This document shows, piece by piece, positions 16,914 through 26,595 of a stretch of 27,430 nucleotides of DNA. Source of the stretch: Coraliomargaritaceae bacterium (GTDB lineage Bacteria > Verrucomicrobiota > Verrucomicrobiia > Opitutales > Coraliomargaritaceae); assembly GCA_965656495.1 (NCBI GenBank), contig CBFHKU010000015.1, positions 1 through 27,430 on the forward strand, in the 5' to 3' direction. The notes below the pieces were generated by a model, which saw only the letters and a program-made list of their open reading frames with translations, searched no databases and was not told where the DNA came from. Made by a program: the position numbers and the translations under genes. Positions within the stretch are counted from its first letter, which is position 1, and the number at the start of each line of letters is the position of its first letter.

Positions 16914-18368
16914 TTATTCAGCAACCGGCGGTTCGTATTTGTAAGGCGGTTCAGTGTAGTCGTATTGTTCCAGAGCATCCGCCAGCAAGCCCTGCATTTT
17001 CTTCAGCTGTGCGGCAGCTTCGGGTGAATGGATCAGGTTCTTCATTTCCTTCGGGTCCTTGCTGAGGCGATAGAGTTCATCCATATTTCCTTCGGCGGCA
17101 TCCTCATATGGGAGGTGAATGTATTTCCACTCCGGTGTGCGAATCGCAAGCGTGGTTGGAATCGCCGGCGCATACTTTTCCTGGAAATATTGGTAGAAGA
17201 ACGGATCGGTACGACCTTCGGCTTTACCTTCCATGACCGGTACAAATGATTCGCCCTGTACGGTGCTCGGGATCGTTGCGCCTGCTAGCTCTAGAATCGT
17301 TGGAGCGATGTCGATATTGGCAACCAGTCCTTCGATACGTTTACCGGCTTCCAATTTGGCGGGATAACGCATCGCGAACGGCACGCGAATGGACTCCTCA
17401 TAGGCGAGGCGTTTGTCGCCGCGACGATGCTCGCCGTAGAACCAGCCATTGTCCGCCATGAAAATGATGACGGTGTTGTCGAGGCGACCTTGTTCTTCGA
17501 GCAGATTGATCACGCGACCGACGCCTTCATCGACCGCCAACATACAGCGCAACATGTCATACCACGGAGCGGGCGGTGACCACTTTTGAGCCGGCAGTGT
17601 TGGAGCGACCTCCATGCCTTCGCTGGCAACCCATTTCTGGTAGTGCGGACCAAAGATCTTTTCGCGGCGCATCCATTGTGGCTTCTCGGAAAAGTCCAGC
17701 GACCAGCTTTCCGGCTCCTCAATTTCAGCATCGGGGAATGCATCCTTGTGACGCTCTGCGGGTATGAATTTGGCGTGACAAGCTTTGTGCCAGAGCAATA
17801 CACAGAATGGGTCCGTTTCATTGCTCGAAAGAAAATCGATGGTTTTATCCGTCAAAATATCGGTGATGTATCCCTCCTGCTTGACAACTTCACCGTTGAT
17901 ATTCAGCTCCGGGTTATTGTAAACCCCCTGCCCCTTGAAGCTGAGCCAATAGTCAAAGCCAGGGCGTGGACGGGCGTGATGCGCCATGTGCCACTTGCCG
18001 ATCAAGGCCGTTTTATAGCCAACCTTCTGCAAGGCCTGTGGGAACTGCTCCAGATGTGGTTCTGGGTCCTGAATTTCATTATAACGTACACCGTGAATGT
18101 GCGAATAGGTACCAGTCAAAATGGATGCGCGACTCGGCGAACAGAGCGAGGTCGTCACAAACATATTATTAAAGACCGCACCTTCATCCGCCATTCGCTG
18201 GAGATTCGGTGTCTCCAAAAAGTCGAAGCGATCATGAAAAATAGCGTCCGGCGCCATATCATCAACCATCACAAACAAGAAGTTCGGCTGCTCCTTCGCT
18301 GCCGAAACCGCACCTGCGAGTCCGAATAAGGCAAACGTTAAAATGCTCATTTTTTTCAATCTACTCAT
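16914..18368 (-). CDS. Sulfatase (S1, Cys-type; N-acetylglucosamine-6-sulfatase-like)
   Basis: PNFLFVMVDD, TSLCSPSRASILTG, GKWH, GFDYW, FMADNG, DKRLAYEESIRVP. Confidence 0.95.
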   Translation of the reverse strand: MSRLKKMSILTFALFGLAGAVSAAKEQPNFLFVMVDDMAPDAIFHDRFDFLETPNLQRMADEGAVFNNMFVTTSLCSPSRASILTGTYSHIHGVRYNEIQDPEPHLEQFPQALQKVGYKTALIGKWHMAHHARPRPGFDYWLSFKGQGVYNNPELNINGEVVKQEGYITDILTDKTIDFLSSNETDPFCVLLWHKACHAKFIPAERHKDAFPDAEIEEPESWSLDFSEKPQWMRREKIFGPHYQKWVASEGMEVAPTLPAQKWSPPAPWYDMLRCMLAVDEGVGRVINLLEEQGRLDNTVIIFMADNGWFYGEHRRGDKRLAYEESIRVPFAMRYPAKLEAGKRIEGLVANIDIAPTILELAGATIPSTVQGESFVPVMEGKAEGRTDPFFYQYFQEKYAPAIPTTLAIRTPEWKYIHLPYEDAAEGNMDELYRLSKDPKEMKNLIHSPEAAAQLKKMQGLLADALEQYDYTEPPYKYEPPVAE

Positions 18369-18416
18369 AAATTATTCTTCATTCAATTGGTTCATTTAGT
18401 CTAAAATTAGTTCACA

Positions 18417-20012
18417 TTACCTGACAAACAATGGACCCTCCGGACGAGGAAGCGCGGACTCGGATTCAGGATTGTAGCGCGGGTTTGCGCGCGTGTCATA
18501 ACGGACGGGTATATTAGCAAAGCGCCACTTGGCCAAGGCCTGTTTCATATGCCCCACCCGCTCGGGCATGGATGTGGAAAGATCCTTTGTTTCACCGATA
18601 TCTTTCGAAAGGTCAAACAACCGCATGGTTCCATCATGATATGCGATTAGCTTGTAGTCTCCGTCAATCATTACGCTGCTCGGAGCCATCATGGTCGCTC
18701 CCTTCTTCATGTTATCGGGGCGATAATAGGGTTCATGAATAAAGATCGGTCGTTTCGCAAAATCATCCGGTCGCTTTTGCAGCAGAGGCACGAGTGATTT
18801 TCCAGTCCATTGGTCTTTGATTTCCTGCGAAACCTCCTGATGCCCCAGCGCAGCCAGTGTCGGTGCAACATCCTCCAGTGTAACCGGCGTATGCACCCAA
18901 GCTGCGTTACCTTTTTGGCCGGGCGCATACACAATCATCGGCACGCGAATTCCGCCCTCGAAGGTCTGGGCTTTCTGCCCGCGCAGTGGCGTGTTGCTGG
19001 TCCATCGCTCGCCCTTCTTGACGGCTTGACCGCCGTTATCGGAGGTGAAGACAATGATCGTGTTGTCCGCCACTCCCAGCTCTTTGAGCGCGTCACGGAT
19101 GGTTCCGATAGAATCGTCGAGCGACCGGATCATGCCGGCATAGGACGGATTGTCTTGATCGTTCCAGCCGCGGGTTGGCTTGTCAGAAAAATAAGCCACA
19201 TCCTCCGGACGCGCTTGGATGGGACCATGCACCGCGAAATGGGCGAGATAGAGCAAGAATGGTTGCTCGGGTTTTTCTTTGACATGTTGGCGTATCCAGT
19301 CGGTTCCCAGCAGAGTCAGATCGTCCGTCAGATAGTCGGCCTGCGCGGGCGGCCCCGGATGGTGCCATTTCTTACGCACCCCTTTATTATATTTTGACCA
19401 GCCCTCATCTTCATAAGCAATCGCCTCGAATCCGAAATCCTGTGGGCGATGCCCTTCAATATCGTTGCCGCCGATGTGCCATTTTCCAAGGAAGGCGCTC
19501 CGGTAATCCGAGAGTATTTCTGCCAGCGTATAGACTTTCAGGCCCTTGCTGTCAGGCAAACCATTTGGCAGGGCATGGTTTCCTACCGCAACCTCTACCG
19601 GAAACCTGGGCGATGCCCCAGGCAGTTTGTCATGTGCCAGATAGTCGCCTGGTGGCGTCTGCCCCTTAGCGGCAAAGGTAGGATTTCCGGCACGCATACC
19701 ACAGGCATTATTGAACCCGAAAGTCGCCCCGTTACGGCCAGTAACGATTGTCGCGCGCGACGGCGTACAGAGTGGCATACTGTAGCAGCGCGAAAATGCG
19801 ACGCCCTCCTCTGCCAGCTGATTCAAGTGCGGGGTTTCATAAAACTGTTTTACAGCCGGCGTCCCAGTGGCGAACTCAGCGGTGGGGTTGATATCCATCC
19901 ACCCTAAATCATCCGCCATAATCAAAACGATATTGGGGCGCTCAGTTGCGGCAGCAGTCACACTACCCGCAACAAGTAATCCGATGTTTAACCATTTACT
20001 CGTCATAGTCAT
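18417..20012 (-). CDS. Sulfatase (S1, Cys-type)
   Basis: PNIVLIMADDLG, PLCTPSRATIVTG, GKWH, FAVHGP, FTSDNGG, FEGGIRVP; visibly related to the 2922-5519 catalytic domain. Confidence 0.95.
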   Translation of the reverse strand: MTMTSKWLNIGLLVAGSVTAAATERPNIVLIMADDLGWMDINPTAEFATGTPAVKQFYETPHLNQLAEEGVAFSRCYSMPLCTPSRATIVTGRNGATFGFNNACGMRAGNPTFAAKGQTPPGDYLAHDKLPGASPRFPVEVAVGNHALPNGLPDSKGLKVYTLAEILSDYRSAFLGKWHIGGNDIEGHRPQDFGFEAIAYEDEGWSKYNKGVRKKWHHPGPPAQADYLTDDLTLLGTDWIRQHVKEKPEQPFLLYLAHFAVHGPIQARPEDVAYFSDKPTRGWNDQDNPSYAGMIRSLDDSIGTIRDALKELGVADNTIIVFTSDNGGQAVKKGERWTSNTPLRGQKAQTFEGGIRVPMIVYAPGQKGNAAWVHTPVTLEDVAPTLAALGHQEVSQEIKDQWTGKSLVPLLQKRPDDFAKRPIFIHEPYYRPDNMKKGATMMAPSSVMIDGDYKLIAYHDGTMRLFDLSKDIGETKDLSTSMPERVGHMKQALAKWRFANIPVRYDTRANPRYNPESESALPRPEGPLFVR

Positions 20013-20016
20013 AATT

Positions 20017-21789
20017 CTACTTGTTCAGTGCCATTGTCAGCACTTCAGCAATTGCAGCTCCGGGCTTTGCATCATCGGCCACATTCAACGAGAGTGGCGA
20101 ACGCCCTTCCGGTAAACGGACTGGCCCAAAGACAATCTGATCACCTGAACGGTTTTTGACCGGAACGGATTTTCCGCCCACCAGCAAACTGATCGGCGCG
20201 CATTGATCAAAGCCCGTCCCTGTAATTTCAACCGAGACCGTGAGCGGCTTTTGTACCTCAACGGCATAATCGGCTCGATCGCCGGGATATTGGAAGCCTT
20301 TCACACCTCCGAGAAAATCATGCATGTCCATTTTGCCTGTCAGCAGCAAAGGCTGCAGTACCTGAATACTCCAGATATCCTCATCCAGAATATCGGCATT
20401 ATTGATTTTAAGCTGCCGCATCTGGAAGGTGCGGTTTTGCAAGGCAATCGCATCCCACTGTGCACGAGCGCGCGCGGCCATCGCCTTGGTACGTTCCGGC
20501 ATGCTTTTACTTAGGTCGGCTTTCTCAGTCGGGTCCCCTTCCATATCGAATAATCGAAGGACTCCTCCTGGCAAATGATGGAATTTATATTTACCGTTGC
20601 GTAAAGTCGTGTGCAGTGATGTGTAGCTCAGCGATTGCATATCGGGTGTATTCGCGCCCTCGCCGACCGGCACTCCCGGCCCGCCCGTCGCCACCCGGAA
20701 AATGTCGCGATCATCGGTAAACTTTTGGTCCTCCAACGATCCGGCAAAGCTCTGGCCTGCAAACGGGAAATGCTGCGGATGTTTGTCTTTCGGGATCTCT
20801 GCGAGCTCGAGCAACGTAGGCAACACATCCTCCACGCCGACCGGCTGTTTGCGAAGCCCCGGCTCAATATGAGCGGGCCAGCGCACCAACAACGGACTGC
20901 GGATTCCGTTATCCCACACCTCGCCCTTGCGACCGACCAGCGATAGCGGATTACGAATCCCCCAATCCGGCGAATGCGGACGCTTCTCTTCCCAGTTTTC
21001 CCAAACACCCATCTCCTGATTGTCCATCGCATCGAGCGAACCGTTATCGCTCATAAACAAAACAATTGTATTCTCTGCCTGCCCGGCGTCATCGAGTGCT
21101 TGCAACAAACGCGCAATCTGGTCGTCCATTTGCTTGATCGAGCCATAGCACTGCGCAATATCTTCTGAGTACCCCTTTTGACGGAAGGGCTCAGCATACG
21201 ATTCTGGTGAAACCCAAGGAAGATGCGGAATAATATAAGCAACCAGCGAAAGCCAGGGCTCGTCACCCGCTTGATTGATTTTTTCTATCGCGGCATCGGT
21301 AATATGCTCGGCAGTCCAACCTTCTTCTACCTTATGAGCGTAGCCACTTCCATAGCCTTCGAAGAACGAATCGAAGCCGCGATCGATTGGAGTCATCTCC
21401 ATCATTTCCAAACCGCCATCCATCTTACCAAAGGCCCAGGTTTGATAGCCGGATGGCGAGAAAAAGCGGGGGATGAGTGTTTCATCGCGCCGCACCTTAC
21501 CGCGCGAGCCGACGCCCCACACCCCGGTCTCGAGGTAGTTGCGCCCCGTGAAAAGCGACACCCGCGTCGGGGTGCAAGCCGGCCCTACCATGAAGTAAGG
21601 GAAAAACGCCGACTCTTTTGACAGGCGGTCTATCGCAGGAGTCTGTACGACATCATTTCCCGTAAAACCGAAATCACCATAGCCCTGATCATCCGAGATA
21701 ATCAGCAAAATGTTAGGCTTACGCTCCGTCCCACCGGAGCACGAAACAGCCAGCCCTAACACCAATAGAAAGCGAATCGCATTTTTCAT
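20017..21789 (-). CDS. Sulfatase (S1, Cys-type) with C-terminal beta domain; possible lipoprotein
   Basis: LAVSC lipobox-like motif, PNILLIISDDQGYGD, PACTPTRVSLFTG, FMSDNG; paralog of the adjacent gene. Confidence 0.95.
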   Translation of the reverse strand: MKNAIRFLLVLGLAVSCSGGTERKPNILLIISDDQGYGDFGFTGNDVVQTPAIDRLSKESAFFPYFMVGPACTPTRVSLFTGRNYLETGVWGVGSRGKVRRDETLIPRFFSPSGYQTWAFGKMDGGLEMMEMTPIDRGFDSFFEGYGSGYAHKVEEGWTAEHITDAAIEKINQAGDEPWLSLVAYIIPHLPWVSPESYAEPFRQKGYSEDIAQCYGSIKQMDDQIARLLQALDDAGQAENTIVLFMSDNGSLDAMDNQEMGVWENWEEKRPHSPDWGIRNPLSLVGRKGEVWDNGIRSPLLVRWPAHIEPGLRKQPVGVEDVLPTLLELAEIPKDKHPQHFPFAGQSFAGSLEDQKFTDDRDIFRVATGGPGVPVGEGANTPDMQSLSYTSLHTTLRNGKYKFHHLPGGVLRLFDMEGDPTEKADLSKSMPERTKAMAARARAQWDAIALQNRTFQMRQLKINNADILDEDIWSIQVLQPLLLTGKMDMHDFLGGVKGFQYPGDRADYAVEVQKPLTVSVEITGTGFDQCAPISLLVGGKSVPVKNRSGDQIVFGPVRLPEGRSPLSLNVADDAKPGAAIAEVLTMALNK

Positions 21790-21794
21790 AAATC

Positions 21795-23594
21795 TTACTG
21801 CTCCAGATTCAGTTTCACAAAAATCACTTTACCTGCATCCGATCCCGCTTTGGCATCCTCTGCGACCGCCAACGAGAGGGGAATGCTTCCCGCCGGTAAG
21901 GTGACTTGTCCAAACACCAACTTTTCTGCGGAGCGGCTTTTAGGCTTAAGCCGTTTACCATCGATCAGCAGGTCAATCGGGGCACATTTATCGAGGTTTT
22001 TGCCCGTCGCAACAAAGGACACAGTGAGCGATTGCTGCACATCCAGCGTGTAGTCAGAGCGATCACCGGGATTGCGGAAACCAAGCACCCCACCGTAAAA
22101 GTCGGACAGTATTTTACCCTCAAAACGTTGCGCCCGGTTCGCTTCAAGCAGCCAAGAATCAGCCCAGCGGTCGATATTATCGATCTTGAGCTGACGCATT
22201 GGAAAAGTGCGGTTACGCGAGGCGAGGTCGTCCCAACGTGCGCGACAACGTCTCGCCATCGCTACGGTCTGTTCAGGCATCGCTGCGCTGAGATCATTCT
22301 TCTCACCAGGGTCGTTTTCCATGTCGTACAGACGCAAGCGCCCTCCCGGTAGGTGATGCAACTTATACTGCCCATTGCGCAAAACCGTGTGTAGTTTGCT
22401 ATAATCCACCTCCCGGGCATCTTCGATGATTTTTGTGGTAGTCACATCCCCAGGGTGCCCGGGTCCATCCAGCGCGAGGCGGAAAATGTCGCGGTCTTCA
22501 GTAAAGCTCGAATCTTCGAGCGAGGGTCGGATGCTTTTGCCGTCAAAGGGTAGATGCTTCGGTCGTTTGTCTTCAGGAATCTGCGTGAGGTCAAGTAAGG
22601 TCGGCAATAAATCTTCCACCTTGACCACGTGCTTTCGAACCCCCGGCTTAATCTTGCCCGGCCAGCGCACCAGCAACGGACTACGAATCCCACCGTCCCA
22701 GACTTCGGCTTTCGCGCCTGTCAAATCGCAGGCATTACGCAGTTCCCAGTCATCCGTAAACTTGGCATCTGCAAAGTTATTATTGACGTAAGCCGGAGTG
22801 TTTTCGGTCGGGCCGTTATCGCTCAAAAACAGTACAATGGTATTATCTTCCTGACCCGCCTCGCGAATCGCATCGAGCAGGCGTCCGATTTGATCGTCCA
22901 TCTGTTTGATTGATCCATAACACTGCGCGAAGGTTTCGGAGAAGCCCTGTTCGCGATAGGGATCAGCATAGGAATCCGGACATTCCCACGGCAAATGTGG
23001 AATAATGTAAGCCATATAGGCGAGCCACGGCTCATCGCCCGACTCCTTGATCTTTTGAATCGCCGCATCCGTGATCAACTCAGCCGACCAACCATCAGTC
23101 CAGACCCCACCTTTAGGCGTGCAGAGTAGCGGGCGCTGTTGCTTGTAGCCGCCACCAATCCCGCAGAACCAGTCAAACCCGCGGGCAACCGGATCGAGCT
23201 CCATCATTTTGGAGCCATCCCATTTGCCAAACAGCCAGGTATGATAGCCCGAAGGATTAAAGAAAGCTGGCATCAGCACCTCGTCACGACGCACATCGCC
23301 GCGTGAACCGACTCCCCAGACGCCGACATCCAAATGGTTGCGACCGGTAAATAGCGCGGACCGCGTCGGCGTGCAAGCGGGTGCCACCACCATCCAAGGA
23401 TAAAACGCACCGTCTTTTGACAACTGGTCGAGCACCGGCGTGTCCGCCAATGGGTTGCCCGTAAACCCGAAATCCCCATAACCCTGATCATCTGAAATTA
23501 TCAGCAATATATTCGGCTGACGCGTTGCCGCACCCAATGAGGCACTGCACAGCGCAAGCACACCCAAAACCACACTTTTAAATATCCTCTTCAT
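21795..23594 (-). CDS. Sulfatase (S1, Cys-type) with C-terminal beta domain
   Basis: PNILLIISDDQGYGD, PACTPTRSALFTG, FLSDNG, VWDGGIRSP. Confidence 0.95.
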   Translation of the reverse strand: MKRIFKSVVLGVLALCSASLGAATRQPNILLIISDDQGYGDFGFTGNPLADTPVLDQLSKDGAFYPWMVVAPACTPTRSALFTGRNHLDVGVWGVGSRGDVRRDEVLMPAFFNPSGYHTWLFGKWDGSKMMELDPVARGFDWFCGIGGGYKQQRPLLCTPKGGVWTDGWSAELITDAAIQKIKESGDEPWLAYMAYIIPHLPWECPDSYADPYREQGFSETFAQCYGSIKQMDDQIGRLLDAIREAGQEDNTIVLFLSDNGPTENTPAYVNNNFADAKFTDDWELRNACDLTGAKAEVWDGGIRSPLLVRWPGKIKPGVRKHVVKVEDLLPTLLDLTQIPEDKRPKHLPFDGKSIRPSLEDSSFTEDRDIFRLALDGPGHPGDVTTTKIIEDAREVDYSKLHTVLRNGQYKLHHLPGGRLRLYDMENDPGEKNDLSAAMPEQTVAMARRCRARWDDLASRNRTFPMRQLKIDNIDRWADSWLLEANRAQRFEGKILSDFYGGVLGFRNPGDRSDYTLDVQQSLTVSFVATGKNLDKCAPIDLLIDGKRLKPKSRSAEKLVFGQVTLPAGSIPLSLAVAEDAKAGSDAGKVIFVKLNLEQ

Positions 23595-23627
23595 GATTCA
23601 ATAAACGATACCTTTTGACACGACTGA

Positions 23628-25064
23628 CTACTTCACCTTGGACAGTTCCTTTTTCAGTCGGTCGACAATTTCGGGATGCTGCGAGAATACATTGTTTGTT
23701 TCGGTAGGATCGTTTTCCAAGTCATAGAGCTGATCGCTATTTTCAGAGACACGCTTGGTCGGGTTTTGCGGGTCGTGCTCGATATACTTCCATTTTCCTA
23801 AACGAATAGAAAAGATAGAATTTGAAGTACGCGCCGGGGCAATGCTACGGTTTGCTGCTGTACCCATATCTGTCCAAACCGACCAAAAACTAACACTATC
23901 GATCGCGCTTTCGGGAGCAGCAACTTCGAACATATCCGCGAAAGTGGCAAATAGATCTGTGATGCAGAATAAATCCTCGTTGGTTTTTCCAGCCGGAATA
24001 TGATCAGGCCAACTGACAATAAACGGTATACGACTACCGCCTTCGTAAACCGCGTGCTTACCTTCCCGCAGCTCGCCATTACCGAAGTGACCGGCGTCAT
24101 AAGCCTCAAACATCGGTTCCAGCTTCCACTTCTGGGCAAATTTCTCATCCTTGGCTACCACCGCGCCGTTGTCGCTGGTGAAAATGATGAGCGTATTATC
24201 CAGGCGTCCTGTTTTGCGTAACGCAGCGACCAACTCTCCAACCTGCCAGTCGAGCTCATGCACAAAATCGCCGTAAACACCACATTCGCTGGTGCCAATG
24301 AACTGCTTGGCTGGAGTGATCGGCTTATGCGGAACTGTGGATGCGAAATAGAGAAACAGCGGTTTATCAGTTGGAGCAGACTCAATGTATTCAACCGCTT
24401 TAATTGTGGTGTCCTGCCCTACTTCGTCCTCTTTATAGAGCACGTCCGGGCTCCACGGAGTCACCTTTTTGCCCTTGATCGTGATTGTATCATTCGGGCC
24501 GCGCCCGGCGAAGCGATCGTTTTCAATGTAAAAGGCCGGTTCGTTCAACACATTGGCGGCAAGACCGAAGAAATAGTCAAAGCCGGAGGCCAACGGGCCG
24601 CCTTCAATTTTCGGGCGATTCCAGTCGTAACGATCCGTTGGAGATTCTCCGTAACCGACCCCAACATGCCATTTACCGAAGGCTGCGGTGCGGTAGCCGT
24701 TCTCCTGAAAAAACTTCGGGAGTGGCGTAATGCCCTCCTCCAATAATGCGTTCGGCGAAGCAGGTCCGATCACCCCTTTGACTGGGTGAAGTGGACTGCG
24801 CCACCAGTAACGCCCTGTCAGGAGGCTGACACGTGACTGCGAACAGGTCGACGAGGTGGTGTAGGCATTCTTAAAGAGCAACCCCTGATCAGCGATGCGG
24901 TCAATATGCGGGGTCTTCAGCTTTGTTGCGCCGTAGCAGCTCACATCCCCATAACCAAGGTCATCCGCAAAAACCACCAGCACATTTGGCTTATCCTCTA
25001 CTGCAACCACTGCATTTGCCGAAACAATCAGCCCGGCAAGGATCCAATGATAGTATTTTTCCAT
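23628..25064 (-). CDS. Arylsulfatase-like sulfatase (S1, Cys-type)
   Basis: Start refined to MEKYYHWIL. PNVLVVFADDLGYGD, STCSQSRVSLLTG, GKWH, FTSDNG, YEGGSRIP. Confidence 0.95.
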   Translation of the reverse strand: MEKYYHWILAGLIVSANAVVAVEDKPNVLVVFADDLGYGDVSCYGATKLKTPHIDRIADQGLLFKNAYTTSSTCSQSRVSLLTGRYWWRSPLHPVKGVIGPASPNALLEEGITPLPKFFQENGYRTAAFGKWHVGVGYGESPTDRYDWNRPKIEGGPLASGFDYFFGLAANVLNEPAFYIENDRFAGRGPNDTITIKGKKVTPWSPDVLYKEDEVGQDTTIKAVEYIESAPTDKPLFLYFASTVPHKPITPAKQFIGTSECGVYGDFVHELDWQVGELVAALRKTGRLDNTLIIFTSDNGAVVAKDEKFAQKWKLEPMFEAYDAGHFGNGELREGKHAVYEGGSRIPFIVSWPDHIPAGKTNEDLFCITDLFATFADMFEVAAPESAIDSVSFWSVWTDMGTAANRSIAPARTSNSIFSIRLGKWKYIEHDPQNPTKRVSENSDQLYDLENDPTETNNVFSQHPEIVDRLKKELSKVK

Positions 25065-25069
25065 AGTCT

Positions 25070-26374
25070 TTATTGATTGAGCCATGCCTTGATCATGGCG
25101 GTGAGTGCTTTCACTTTTTCCGGATTGGATGCGGAAATATCAGTCCGGTCGTCGGGATCGTTTTTCAAATCGTAAAGTTCATTTGCGCCGGGACGGGCGA
25201 TCAGCTTGTCCCAGCCATCGATCACCACACGAGCCTCTAAGCCGTCGTCCAGATTTACCAGCCGATCAATATTGCTGTCATGCTTGTAGACATCCACGAA
25301 GATGCGATCGCGTTTAGCAAGTGACTCAGGATCCCGCAAGTCGAGACCCGTCATCGCTACTGGCGGCTGAATGCCACAGGCGTGTAGAATAGTGGTGGCG
25401 ACGTCGATGTTACTGGCGAGGATCTCCGTTTCGCGCTGTGGCTGTATCGCGTTCGTATGCGTCACGAAGATCGGGGTGCGGATGCCCATCTCGGTAGGCT
25501 CACGCTTAGAGCGGGTGTATTTGCCAACATGCTCCGGATCCGGCAGCCAGCCGTTATCGCAGGTGTAGACAAAGATGGTATTCTCGTAGAGTCCCTGTTC
25601 TTTCAGGTGGTCAACGAGCTGACCGCAGGTTTTATCGAACCAATCGACGTTCGCCCAGTATTTGGCGGTCGACTTATCGGGTGCGATCGCCTTGTATTTA
25701 TTGTAGAATCGTTCCGGTGCATTGTGTGGAGAATGCGGCAAATAGACGCCATACCAGATAAAGAACGGTTGGTCGTTCTGCTGCGCCTTTGCCACAAAGT
25801 CGACAATCGGCTGCATCGTGCTGCGCCCAATTTTCAGCCCCTGATCTCCATGTCGACCGCCACGGCTTGGATCACCGTGAGTCATTGCATCCGTGAATCC
25901 GTGCTCCAGTGGATTGCCTTCCCACCACTTGCCGGTCTGCAGGGTTGCATAGCCGTTTTCCTCAAGCAGCTTAACCATGGATGGCGCGTTGGCCATCGGC
26001 GCAGTCATTTGATTGCGCATTTGCACCCACTTTGCCTTCATCGCATCGTTGCCGGGCTGATTCATCTTTTTCTTGGTGAATCCCTTCGGCATCACTGGGT
26101 CATTCCCACGGATGCCGGTCTCGTGCGGATACAGTCCCGAGACAATACTTGCAAGCGAAGGACGGCAAAGCGGTGCGGTCACATAGCCGCGCTCATAGAG
26201 CAAACCTTCGGACGCCAAGCAATCGAGATTCGGCGTCTGCACATGAGGATGCCCCATGAATCCGTAATCCAACCAGCCTTGATCGTCGCTCAATAAAAAG
26301 ACGACATTTGGCCTGGTTTCTGCCTGTAGCACTCCAGCAAGAGTGGCGAGTAATCCTATAATCAGTTTGTTCAT
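25070..26374 (-). CDS. Sulfatase family protein (CRPSL variant motif)
   Basis: Start probably MNKLIIG (alternatives at 26395/26401). PNVVFLLSDDQG, PLCRPSLASIVSG, GKWWEG, YTCDNG, ELYDLKNDP. Confidence 0.92.
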   Translation of the reverse strand: MNKLIIGLLATLAGVLQAETRPNVVFLLSDDQGWLDYGFMGHPHVQTPNLDCLASEGLLYERGYVTAPLCRPSLASIVSGLYPHETGIRGNDPVMPKGFTKKKMNQPGNDAMKAKWVQMRNQMTAPMANAPSMVKLLEENGYATLQTGKWWEGNPLEHGFTDAMTHGDPSRGGRHGDQGLKIGRSTMQPIVDFVAKAQQNDQPFFIWYGVYLPHSPHNAPERFYNKYKAIAPDKSTAKYWANVDWFDKTCGQLVDHLKEQGLYENTIFVYTCDNGWLPDPEHVGKYTRSKREPTEMGIRTPIFVTHTNAIQPQRETEILASNIDVATTILHACGIQPPVAMTGLDLRDPESLAKRDRIFVDVYKHDSNIDRLVNLDDGLEARVVIDGWDKLIARPGANELYDLKNDPDDRTDISASNPEKVKALTAMIKAWLNQ

Positions 26375-26474
26375 TTCAACATTACAAACATTCATCTTCA
26401 TCCCCCTGGCGCAATCTTGCAACCTTCAATTGTAACTTTATAAACTGAGAGGTGTGATTTTAATTATTGGCAAC

Positions 26475-26574
26475 GGTGCACGGTGCTTCAGCCCGCGTTC
26501 CATTCGACCCCGAGCTGGCGCGCCCCTGCGAGGCACTGCGACTGAAGCACCCCTGGGCATACATACGCAACTAC
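26475..26574 (+). repeat. Dispersed REP doublet of the RAYT-associated family carrying the mini-hairpin insertion
   Basis: GGTGCACGGTGCTTCAGCCCGCG (26475-26497) ... CTGCGACTGAAGCAC[CCCTGGGCATACATAC]GCAACTAC (26536-26574). Confidence 0.85.
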
Positions 26575-26595
26575 ATTTGGGGTTCAAAGTGTCCT

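Noticed and set aside
17586..26296. Long plus-strand ORFs opposite the sulfatases (e.g. 17586..18329, 18810..19397, 25457..26296)
   Set aside because: Codon-bias shadows of well-supported minus-strand genes.
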